Shown piece after piece: positions 18,347-26,451 of a stretch of DNA of 64,000 nucleotides (positions are counted from its first letter, which is position 1; every line of letters begins with the position of its first letter). Source of the DNA: Bacteroidales bacterium (lineage in GTDB: Bacteria; Bacteroidota; Bacteroidia; Bacteroidales; FEN-979); assembly GCA_038244085.1 (NCBI GenBank), contig JBBRTX010000006.1:20891-84890 (forward strand). The letters run 5' to 3'. Made by a program: the position numbers and the translations under genes. The notes below the pieces were generated by a model that was not told where the DNA came from, did not search any database, and saw nothing but the letters and a program-made list of their open reading frames with translations.

Positions 18347-19807
18347 CTAATTAGGAAGATTCCAATAGTCGTCAGAAAATTCACCCCATGCCTTGATTAC
18401 CTGAGTATCCTGAAGGTCCCTTGTTGGAATGATACGGGTCCTTAATTCCTTTTGCCATGCGAGATTATTCACTTCTCCAATGGCATCAGAATGAAGCAGC
18501 GTGAAATCACTGGTAACCATATCCTGAGAATAGAAAACAAACTTTTTGTTCCGCTGTGAATTGTTCAGGACATAATATTGCCATATTTCGTAAGGATACG
18601 AGGCCGGTTCATTATATTGAGTTACCCGTGCATTCGGGGCACCGTACTGGAGATATACCCTGCCCCGGTCGGTCTGGTAGCCTCGCTTGGTTCGTGAACC
18701 GAAATTGTATTGAACCTTATTGACTTCACCCTTGTAGGCTAACCAGGCCTTTTCAGGATTTTTACTGTCACGGCGTAACCAGAAACCATAGAAATATTGC
18801 TGCATACTCTTAAGATCATTGCTTTTCTTTACTTCCCGGATGTAAGCCTGTTCGATTCCCGTTGAAATGGGATATGTGCTGCTGATAAACTCCTTAAGAC
18901 TGTCGATTTTAATGATCTTATCCGCAAAAGTATTAGCGCTGGAGGTTGTTAGCAAATTTTCATACGACAATTTTGCATTGGGGTTACTTCGTTGGAAAAA
19001 AATCTTCTTTAAGGCAATTACCTCATTCTTTTGGTTCCTGGCCTCAATAACCAGGTTATAATTACCGGTAGCCAGGTTGTCGACAGCCATTTCAGTAAGT
19101 AGCAGGTTGACGGTCCTGGCAGTCTCCTTTTTGGATTTTGCAAAATCATTGAGTGGAAGGTTGTTCTCGAAACTTTCCAGGTAATAATTGATGACAAATT
19201 TCTGATCTGCTCCAACCATCTTATCCATATTGTACAACTCGGAATAGAAGATCATTTTCGTTTCTTTCTGCGGATAGAAGTTGTAAATGTATGGAACCAG
19301 GTCATAACCGCTCTTGGTAAGGATGTTGGCACTTTCACTTTTTTTGTAGGATTGAACCATCTCAATACTGGAGAATGAAGCACTGTCGGCAGGGAAATCA
19401 ATAGCTACAGGTTGTGTAAAAGGCCTTGGATCCACCATTTTATTTTTGTCGGAAAGCTGCAATTCAAAATCATAGGATCCATTGGGCAACTGGAACCGCT
19501 GCTGATCGATGAACTCATAATTGTTGCTGACCGTATCATCTATTTCAGGACTCTTCAGTTCATATTTCTTGAAAGCTTTTATGACATCATTTTGTTTGAA
19601 TGTCATTAACACGTTAACCGTTGCCTGGAATTTTCCATTTTCTAACTTGATATATTTCACGCTGTTTCCCGCAACGGTCATATACGTTTCGATATAGGGT
19701 CCTTCAGGGGAATTAAAAGTGGAATAGGAGAGAAAGGCCCAAAGATTTTTGGATTCAGCAATAAACGGAAGAATGAAAATGCTGAGTATTAAGAGATATT
19801 TTTTCAT
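18347..19807 (-). CDS. GWxTD domain-containing secreted protein
   Basis: Signal peptide MKKYLLILSIFILPFIAES. The C-terminal RGYQTDRGRVYLQYGAPN...YPYEIWQY corresponds to the GWxTD-domain signature. Confidence 0.6.
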   Translation of the reverse strand: MKKYLLILSIFILPFIAESKNLWAFLSYSTFNSPEGPYIETYMTVAGNSVKYIKLENGKFQATVNVLMTFKQNDVIKAFKKYELKSPEIDDTVSNNYEFIDQQRFQLPNGSYDFELQLSDKNKMVDPRPFTQPVAIDFPADSASFSSIEMVQSYKKSESANILTKSGYDLVPYIYNFYPQKETKMIFYSELYNMDKMVGADQKFVINYYLESFENNLPLNDFAKSKKETARTVNLLLTEMAVDNLATGNYNLVIEARNQKNEVIALKKIFFQRSNPNAKLSYENLLTTSSANTFADKIIKIDSLKEFISSTYPISTGIEQAYIREVKKSNDLKSMQQYFYGFWLRRDSKNPEKAWLAYKGEVNKVQYNFGSRTKRGYQTDRGRVYLQYGAPNARVTQYNEPASYPYEIWQYYVLNNSQRNKKFVFYSQDMVTSDFTLLHSDAIGEVNNLAWQKELRTRIIPTRDLQDTQVIKAWGEFSDDYWNLPN

Positions 19808-20032
19808 GGCTCTAAGATTTACAAGCATAAATGACGCTTACAAAAATACATTAAAATCGGTCATTTTGTCAAGTGAAATCGACCAAGAACAGCAATTGTC
19901 GGATAAAACTCAATGAATGAACGGGATATCAGCAGGAGGGGTGTTGTAGATAAGATTTGATCGGAAACTTTGATTTATCCCTATCTTAGTTCCTGTTACC
20001 TTACCCATGCTTTATTTTCTAACCAGGTATGG

Positions 20033-20626
20033 TCATACATTCTTCCGATCGTTCAGGTGATATCGGAAACAGTAGGTCATGTGGTCGTTGATCATTCCGG
20101 CAGCCTGCATGAAAGCATAACAGATGGTTGTTCCGACGAATTTGAATCCTCTTTTTTTCAGATCTGCACTCATCGCATCCGACTCTTCCGATTTTGAAGG
20201 CATGTGTTGAAGGTCTTTCAGTTCGTGCGAAAGGGTTACTCCACCGGTAAATTGCCATATATACTGATCGAATGTTTCGTATTCTTCTCTGACTTTCAAA
20301 AAACAGGCTGCATTGTTTATGGTTGCATTAACTTTGGCTTTATTCCGGATGATCCCCGAATCCGAAAGCAATGCTGTGATTTTCTCCGGATCATATGCAG
20401 CAATTTTTTTAACATCAAAATCATCAAATGCTTTTCTGAAATTTTCCCGTTTATAAAGGATCGTCCTCCAACTCAGGCCTGCCTGAAAAGCGTCCAGCAC
20501 CATGAATTCGAACAACTTCCGGTCATCATGCAGGGGAACGCCCCATTCATTATCGTGATAATCGTTCATCAGCGGGTCATTGGAAGGCCAGGGACAGCGA
20601 TCCGGACTTTTACCTGTATTTGTCAT
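20033..20626 (-). CDS. tag: DNA-3-methyladenine glycosylase I
   Basis: RCPWPSNDPLMNDYHDNEWGVPLHDDRKLFEFMVLDAFQAGLSW is the Tag family signature. Confidence 0.9.
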   Translation of the reverse strand: MTNTGKSPDRCPWPSNDPLMNDYHDNEWGVPLHDDRKLFEFMVLDAFQAGLSWRTILYKRENFRKAFDDFDVKKIAAYDPEKITALLSDSGIIRNKAKVNATINNAACFLKVREEYETFDQYIWQFTGGVTLSHELKDLQHMPSKSEESDAMSADLKKRGFKFVGTTICYAFMQAAGMINDHMTYCFRYHLNDRKNV

Positions 20627-20767
20627 CGCTATTGGGTTGAGTACTAATGTAAAAATAGCGCAAAATATCCAATCTGAAAAAAAGTTGGCCGGGTTTTACA
20701 AGGTGTTAAAGTTGTAGGATTAATGAGTGGTGCCGGCCAGATTAATTTTGCAGGAACCAAAATTATT

Positions 20768-20775
20768 GTAATTTT
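20768..20775 (+). promoter_or_regulatory. -7 promoter box (TAATTTTG) for the tRNA-Ser pair
   Basis: TAnnTTTG ending 5 nt before the first tRNA nucleotide. A second copy lies at 20743-20750. Confidence 0.55.
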
Positions 20776-20780
20776 GCCGG

Positions 20781-20866
20781 TGGAGAGATGGCAGAGTGGT
20801 CGATTGCGGCGGTCTTGAAAACCGTTGAGGTGCAAGCCTCCGGGGGTTCGAATCCCTCTCTCTCCG
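20781..20866 (+). tRNA. tRNA-Ser (anticodon UGA)
   Basis: Acceptor GGAGAGA/TCTCTCC, anticodon stem GCGGT/ACCGT with loop CT-TGA-AA, a long variable arm, and a GGTTCGAATCC T-loop. Confidence 0.9.
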
Positions 20867-20901
20867 CATATTGACCTCACACGCAAACACACATTTGCCT
20901 C

Positions 20902-20988
20902 GGAGAGATGCCAGAGCGGTCGAATGGGGCGGTCTCGAAAACCGTTGATCCCTTACGGGGTCCGGGGGTTCGAATCCCCCTCTCTCCG
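20902..20988 (+). tRNA. tRNA-Ser (anticodon CGA)
   Basis: Same acceptor and T-arm as the first tRNA, anticodon loop CT-CGA-AA, and a long variable arm. Confidence 0.9.
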
Positions 20989-21033
20989 CACAATACTGCC
21001 TGAACCCTTCTTTTAGCTTAAATCCCGGAAAAT

Positions 21034-21588
21034 TTATTTGCTGAACTTATCGAGAACGAGTTCCACGGTAACTTCCATCGACTTTGCGACATTGTTTGCC
21101 ACAGCAGCGGGAACCGTAATGTTATAATCAGCCAATGCCACATTGAATTTGGCTCTTGCCTGAATTCTTCCTGCCATGATTTCGAACTCCCCTTTTACTT
21201 TCACGGTTTTTGTGACCCCGTGAATGGTCAGTTTTCCTTCAACTTCGGCAGGATAGGTACCTTCTTTATTGGTGTTAATATCCTTGATATTGGACACCTT
21301 ACCTAAAAAAGTAGCGCTGGGGTAGGTATCGGATTCCACATAATTTTCGTTAAAATGTTCCTGCATCAGTGCTTTTTGGAATACGAATGATTTCATGAGA
21401 ATCCTGAAGACAAAATCGCCCGAGTTGGCATCCAGGGCAGCATTGACCTGCCGGTTGGATCCTTCGATTTTCTCGAGGGAGGTTTCACCTGAAAAACGGA
21501 TTAACCCATTTTTGGTGACATATTTCTGTGCATTTACGTTGAATGCAAATAAAACAGACAGAAGGGTAAAAAACGCGACTTTTTTCAT
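21034..21588 (-). CDS. YceI-family periplasmic protein
   Basis: Signal peptide, then IRFSGETSLEKIEGSN...LTIHGVTKTVKV, typical of the YceI-like domain. Confidence 0.7.
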   Translation of the reverse strand: MKKVAFFTLLSVLFAFNVNAQKYVTKNGLIRFSGETSLEKIEGSNRQVNAALDANSGDFVFRILMKSFVFQKALMQEHFNENYVESDTYPSATFLGKVSNIKDINTNKEGTYPAEVEGKLTIHGVTKTVKVKGEFEIMAGRIQARAKFNVALADYNITVPAAVANNVAKSMEVTVELVLDKFSK

Positions 21589-21633
21589 AAGTGTTATTTT
21601 GATTGAATTGGTGTTGATGAAACAATACCGGTA

Positions 21634-22068
21634 TTAATAATGCAAGGAGCATTGCTCCACGATCACATCAGATCCGGAAAATCCGGTGCAAAAACCTTTG
21701 ATCCTGATGGTTCCGTCAGGTTTCAGTTTGTTGGCTTCTTCATTGTATTTAGACAACATGGTACAACGAATTCCGGTATCGCCAAAGTCACCCTGACCAA
21801 AGACGAAAACAGCAATTACGAGTGAATCAGCTACCTCGATCCGGCTGAGTTGTCCTTCGAGTTCGATCATTTTTCCAAGGTAAAGCTGGTTCGCGGTCGC
21901 CTGGTTGGTCGAATAGGCTTTATACAGTTTTTCAGCAGACAGAGAAAAGTCTGCCGTTAGATTTTCAAAATCCGGATGAGGCTTATTATAAATAAAAAAA
22001 TATACCAAAACGCCGGCAACCATGCCGAGAACGCATAATCCAAGCAGAATTTTAAGCCATGTTTTCAT
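21634..22068 (-). CDS. Membrane-anchored OB-fold (tRNA_anti-like) protein of unknown function
   Basis: N-terminal TM segment, then YNKPHPDF...LYKAYSTNQATANQLYLGKMIELEG, which resembles the Bacteroidota tRNA_anti-like family. Confidence 0.45.
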   Translation of the reverse strand: MKTWLKILLGLCVLGMVAGVLVYFFIYNKPHPDFENLTADFSLSAEKLYKAYSTNQATANQLYLGKMIELEGQLSRIEVADSLVIAVFVFGQGDFGDTGIRCTMLSKYNEEANKLKPDGTIRIKGFCTGFSGSDVIVEQCSLHY

Positions 22069-22125
22069 CTTTGTGAATTAAGTGAGGACGATTCGTCATA
22101 AAGGTTTCAGCTGATCCAAAATCGG

Positions 22126-22758
22126 TTAAGGGAAAGGATGAAAATCGTTGGAAAAAGGATCTGAGCTGAAAAGGGAAGAGGCCGGTGATCGGAATGGAGA
22201 AGCCTGTTCATGGTAACCAAAACCAGCCTGCAGATGCACGCCTTCAGCAATTTTGTAATCCACATTCAGGTTAAAACCTTGTCCTTCCTGGTTCCGGTAG
22301 GGATGATTCAACGAATTACCTGAAAGATCAAACATTTTATATGCAGAACCTGTCACTATGACCCGGTCATTCAGAAGATATCTTCCGCTCAGGTATACCA
22401 GACCCATCGAGAAATTATCATTCACTTTTTCTTCTGAAAGAAAATTGGGTCTAACCCCGGTATAAGTTGTGTTGATGTAACCGATTCCTCCTGAAAGACT
22501 GAACCGTTTGGTCAGTCCATAAGAAATTTCCGGGATGATAAAAGTGCTGAAACCCGAGCCATATCCCCGGGCAGAGGAAAATTGCGATCCCATTCTTACC
22601 ACCGTGTTGAATTTATGGGTAGAAAAACCGGAAACACTGGAGGTGACTGCCGGTTGGTAATCAGAAGCAGGCATCATGAATGAGGAATCCGTTTGGGCGA
22701 ATATATTGACGGCGGTTAAGTTAAACATGAAGAAGAATAGAAGCAACCGGGTTTGCAT
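22126..22758 (-). CDS. Putative outer-membrane beta-barrel protein
   Basis: Signal peptide (MQTRLLLFFFMFNLTAVNIFAQ) and alternating Gly/aromatic beta-strand pattern. No recognisable family. Confidence 0.4.
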   Translation of the reverse strand: MQTRLLLFFFMFNLTAVNIFAQTDSSFMMPASDYQPAVTSSVSGFSTHKFNTVVRMGSQFSSARGYGSGFSTFIIPEISYGLTKRFSLSGGIGYINTTYTGVRPNFLSEEKVNDNFSMGLVYLSGRYLLNDRVIVTGSAYKMFDLSGNSLNHPYRNQEGQGFNLNVDYKIAEGVHLQAGFGYHEQASPFRSPASSLFSSDPFSNDFHPFP

Positions 22759-22781
22759 GCCTTTCAGATTTATCAGCAAAA

Positions 22782-23420
22782 TTACTGTTTTTCAGGTCTG
22801 AGTGAATAAAACGTTTGTTTTTCGGTAAATTGTATGTCGATGGTTTTAAGCAACAGAAATTTCACTAAGATCATTTCCGCCTTGGCCCGCGGGATACCCG
22901 CGATTCTGCAAAACTTTGAGAGGGTGATGGTTGGATGATCGCCGAGATACTCCAGCAGTATTTTTTCCTTTTCCGTGAATTTGAGAAAGACACCCTTCGG
23001 TTCCCCTTTCTTTGCCCAGAATCTCAGTAAAACCTGGTTTGCCAAAAGGTTCTGGTCACCAACACGGATGTATACCATCCATTTTCCGTCAGCGTGCATC
23101 GCATAATGCGGCTTCAGTTCACTCTTTGGAATGATGATCTCGATAACCGTCTTGCTGTTAATATTCCATTCAACGCTTTTAAATTCCACAGGTGGCTTGC
23201 AATACATGGTAGCTGCAGCCTCGAGCATGTAGTACTCCTCGTCCGACCTTACGCCTGCAATGGCTCCGTTATCTTTTACCCCGATAAGCAACCTGCCTCC
23301 GTCGGTATTGGCAAACGCCACCAGGGAGCGGGCAATACGCCGGGCATCTGTAATTTCGAATTTGAAATCCAGTTGCTGGTGCTCACCTTCTGAGATCAGA
23401 CGATGAATATGCGTTGACAT
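22782..23420 (-). CDS. AlbA_2 (Schlafen-type) DNA-binding domain protein with C-terminal winged-helix-like region
   Basis: EGEHQQLDFKFEITDARRIARSLVAFANTDGGRLLIGVKDNGAIAGV is the AlbA_2 signature. Confidence 0.6.
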   Translation of the reverse strand: MSTHIHRLISEGEHQQLDFKFEITDARRIARSLVAFANTDGGRLLIGVKDNGAIAGVRSDEEYYMLEAAATMYCKPPVEFKSVEWNINSKTVIEIIIPKSELKPHYAMHADGKWMVYIRVGDQNLLANQVLLRFWAKKGEPKGVFLKFTEKEKILLEYLGDHPTITLSKFCRIAGIPRAKAEMILVKFLLLKTIDIQFTEKQTFYSLRPEKQ

Positions 23421-23425
23421 CCGTT

Positions 23426-23893
23426 TTAAAGAAAAGCAATCGTATCACTCGTGGTGATCTTTTCGCAATAGTGACATTTCAGTTTAAGATTCTTTTTATC
23501 GATCACAACAAATTTTGTGACAACCGTCTCGTGATTGGTAATGCAATTGGGATTAAAGCATTTTACGATATGATCCACCTTATCCGGCACCTGTACCTGC
23601 TTCTTTTCCACAACATTAAAATCTCGGATCACGATCAGCGTGGCTGTTGGGGCAACCAATGCGATCTTGTTGATTTCGTTGGGTTTAAAGAAAATATTGC
23701 TTAACTTGATGATCCCTTTCTTTCCCATTTTATGGCTGTCGAGATTGGTTCCGAACAGGATCTGGTCTTCGGTTTCTTTTAATTTCAGGATTTTGATGAC
23801 CTGGAAAACACTTGCGGATGGAATATGATCAATCACGGTTCCGTTTTCGATGGCGGAAACCTTGAATTCTTTTCTTGATTCTTCTTTTTCCAT
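23426..23893 (-). CDS. pyrI: Aspartate carbamoyltransferase regulatory subunit
   Basis: KVSAIENGTVIDHIP and a C-terminal Cys cluster (CFNPNCITN...KCHYCEK), the zinc domain of PyrI. Confidence 0.9.
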   Translation of the reverse strand: MEKEESRKEFKVSAIENGTVIDHIPSASVFQVIKILKLKETEDQILFGTNLDSHKMGKKGIIKLSNIFFKPNEINKIALVAPTATLIVIRDFNVVEKKQVQVPDKVDHIVKCFNPNCITNHETVVTKFVVIDKKNLKLKCHYCEKITTSDTIAFL

Positions 23894-23933
23894 TGATTTT
23901 CTCTTTTCTGCGATGATTAAAAAACGGGAGATC

Positions 23934-24842
23934 TTATTTTACGCCAAGGATCGATGCGAGTAATGCCTGGCGGACATAAACGCCGTTCAGTGCCTGAGTA
24001 AAGTAGTATGCCTTTGGATTGTCATCAACATCCACCATGATTTCATTAACACGGGGAAGCGGATGCAGGATGCGCATGTTGGGTTTCCCCTGTTCAAGCA
24101 TAGAATTTTTAAGGATATAGGAATTCTTTACCTGTTCATAGTCCAGGGGATCCGAAAAACGTTCTTTCTGAATCCGGGTCATATAAAGAATATCCACCTT
24201 TGAGATGACTTCTGCCAGTTCTGTATATTGAATGTATTCCAGATTACTCTCCTTAATGTGGAGTTTCACGGAACTTGGCAGTTTCAATTCATCCGGAGAA
24301 ACCAGGTGAAAGGTGGTGTGATAGTTGCACAATGCCTGAACCAGCGAATGAACGGTTCTTCCGTATTTAAGATCTCCTACAAAAGCGATATTCAGGTTAT
24401 CCAGGGTTCCCTGGGTTTTCCTTATTGAATACATATCCAGGAGGGTTTGTGTGGGATGCTGGTTGGCTCCGTCACCTGCATTGATAATAGGCACTTTGGC
24501 GACCTCACTGGCAAAGCGGGCGCTGCCTTCACGTGGATGGCGCATCACAATGATATCGGAGTAGTTGCTGACGGTTTTGATGGTATCACGCAAGGATTCT
24601 CCTTTTTGCACGCTGGTTGAACCAGGTTCTGAAAACCCGATCACCTTGGCTCCGAGCCTTGATGCCGCGCTTTCAAAACTCAGGCGGGTACGGGTTGATG
24701 GCTCAAAGAACAGGGTGGCTACCACGTAATCTTCCAGAATTTTTTGGGTGGGTTTCTTTTCGAATTCTTCTGCCAGGTCAAGAATCCTGATATGTTCCTC
24801 CCGGGTGAAGTCGTTGATGGATACTAGGCTTTTTTTTCTCAT
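23934..24842 (-). CDS. pyrB: Aspartate carbamoyltransferase catalytic subunit
   Basis: FFEPSTRTRLSFE, HPTQ and HPLPR motifs. Confidence 0.92.
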   Translation of the reverse strand: MRKKSLVSINDFTREEHIRILDLAEEFEKKPTQKILEDYVVATLFFEPSTRTRLSFESAASRLGAKVIGFSEPGSTSVQKGESLRDTIKTVSNYSDIIVMRHPREGSARFASEVAKVPIINAGDGANQHPTQTLLDMYSIRKTQGTLDNLNIAFVGDLKYGRTVHSLVQALCNYHTTFHLVSPDELKLPSSVKLHIKESNLEYIQYTELAEVISKVDILYMTRIQKERFSDPLDYEQVKNSYILKNSMLEQGKPNMRILHPLPRVNEIMVDVDDNPKAYYFTQALNGVYVRQALLASILGVK

Positions 24843-24870
24843 TGATGGTAAGTTAAAGAGTCAATAAAGA

Positions 24871-24898
24871 TAAAAAAAAAGGGGCAAATGCCCCTTTA
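24871..24898 (-). terminator. Intrinsic terminator / possible pyrBI attenuator
   Basis: The minus strand reads AAAGGGGCAUUUGCCCCUUU followed by U-run UUUUUUUUU. It begins 2 nt after the upstream stop and ends about 29 nt before the pyrB ATG. Confidence 0.75.
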
Positions 24899-24899
24899 A

Positions 24900-26246
24900 T
24901 TACTTCTTGGTTTTGATTTTGTGAACTTTAAGGAAATCGTTGATGATGGTATCCATATCCGGTTTCCCGATTTCCTGGAGATCATAATAAACCCTTGTGT
25001 TGGGTTTCTTGATCTTCACGATACGGTTCAGGTCGATAGGGGTTGCGATGATGACCGAGTCGCAATCTACCTTGTTGATAGATGTCTCAAGATCCTTTAC
25101 CTGCTGCGCACCATAACCCATGGCCGGCATCAATTTTCCGATGTTGGGATAGATTCTGAAGGTCTCAGCAATTTTACCAACAACAAAAGGACGGGGATCA
25201 ACCATTTCGGCAGCGCCATATTTCTGGGCAGCAACCACACCGGCACCGATTTTCATCTCACCGTGGGTTAAAGTAGGGCCATCTTCAATAACCAGAACCC
25301 GTTTTCCCCGGATGATCGACTCATCATCAACACGGATGGGGGAGGCACCGTCTACAACGATGGCTTTTGGATTGATCTTCTGGATATTCTCTCTTACCTG
25401 GGTAATATTCTCGATGGAAGCAGAGTCAATTTTATTCAAGACGACGACATCGGCAATACGGATGTTCACTTCGCCGGGATAATATCCAACCTCAGCACCG
25501 GGACGGTGCGGATCGGCTACGGTAACCATCAGATCCGGTTTGTAGAACGGGAAGTCATTATTACCACCGTCCCAGAGGATAATATCACAACCTTTGGGAT
25601 CTTTTTCGGCAGCGCGAAGAATCGCCTCATAATCAACACCGGCATAAATAACATTGCCGCGTTCAACGTGGGGTTCATATTCTTCCATCTCTTCGATGGT
25701 ACACTTGTGTTTCTTCAGGTCGGCGATGGTGGCAAAACGCTGAACTTTCTGATCAACCAGGTTTCCGTAGGGCATCGGGTGACGAACCGCAACAACTTTC
25801 AATCCTTTTGCCATCAGGATCTCTATGATACGGCGTGATGTCTGACTTTTACCGCAACCGGTGCGGGTAGCACCTACTGCAATAACGGGTTTGGTACTTT
25901 CAACATAAGTATCCCGGGGGCCGAGAAGTAAAAAGTTTGCTCCGGCAGCATTCACCAGCGAACTGATGTTCATAACCCGTGGGTAAGGAACATCGCTGTA
26001 AGCAAAGTTGCAGATGTCAACATTGTGCTTTTTGATAAGAGCAGGTAACTCTGATTCAGCGAAGATGGGAATTCCTTTAGGATAAAGTTTCCCGGCAAGT
26101 TCAGCTGGATATTTTCTTCCGTCAATGTCTGGAATCTGGGCAGCAGTAAATGCGACGACATTGTAGTCTGCATTGTCGCGATAGTAGGTGTTGAAGTTGT
26201 GAAAATCCCTACCAGCAGCGCCGATGATGATTACATTCTTTTTCAT
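24900..26246 (-). CDS. COG2403-type P-loop protein (cyclic 2,3-diphosphoglycerate synthetase-like / predicted GTPase)
   Basis: MKKNVIIIGAAGRDFHNFN N-terminus and a Walker A motif, GATRTGCGKSQTS. The overall 448-aa layout resembles the cpgS-like family. Function in bacteria is unknown. Confidence 0.5.
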   Translation of the reverse strand: MKKNVIIIGAAGRDFHNFNTYYRDNADYNVVAFTAAQIPDIDGRKYPAELAGKLYPKGIPIFAESELPALIKKHNVDICNFAYSDVPYPRVMNISSLVNAAGANFLLLGPRDTYVESTKPVIAVGATRTGCGKSQTSRRIIEILMAKGLKVVAVRHPMPYGNLVDQKVQRFATIADLKKHKCTIEEMEEYEPHVERGNVIYAGVDYEAILRAAEKDPKGCDIILWDGGNNDFPFYKPDLMVTVADPHRPGAEVGYYPGEVNIRIADVVVLNKIDSASIENITQVRENIQKINPKAIVVDGASPIRVDDESIIRGKRVLVIEDGPTLTHGEMKIGAGVVAAQKYGAAEMVDPRPFVVGKIAETFRIYPNIGKLMPAMGYGAQQVKDLETSINKVDCDSVIIATPIDLNRIVKIKKPNTRVYYDLQEIGKPDMDTIINDFLKVHKIKTKK

Positions 26247-26312
26247 AAAGACTTCTTTTTAACTTTTTGATGTTAATAATCAGGCTATTATTCATATAAT
26301 ATACCTCATTTG

Positions 26313-26320
26313 CAAAGCTA
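26313..26320 (-). promoter_or_regulatory. -7 promoter box (TAGCTTTG) for the COG2403 gene
   Basis: TAnnTTTG on the minus strand, 67 nt upstream of the ATG at 26246. Confidence 0.45.
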
Positions 26321-26422
26321 CCAACTTTTCGGGAATTACACAAACCGGGTTGAAAAAATGTAATAACTTGTTGATTCTTTAAAGTGGCCATTCCGGCCTT
26401 TTTTACAGCCGTTTTTTTTCTC

Positions 26423-26430
26423 TACCTTTG
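26423..26430 (+). promoter_or_regulatory. -7 promoter box (TACCTTTG) for argS
   Basis: TAnnTTTG, 22 nt upstream of the ATG at 26452. It overlaps the ORF-track TTG at 26428. Confidence 0.55.
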
Positions 26431-26451
26431 CTCACCCAAACCGGCATTCAG

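Noticed and set aside
20644-21016. ORF-track entries 20644..20892 (-) and 20825..21016 (+).
   Set aside because: Both lie across the two tRNA-Ser genes and have no protein-like features, so they are spurious.
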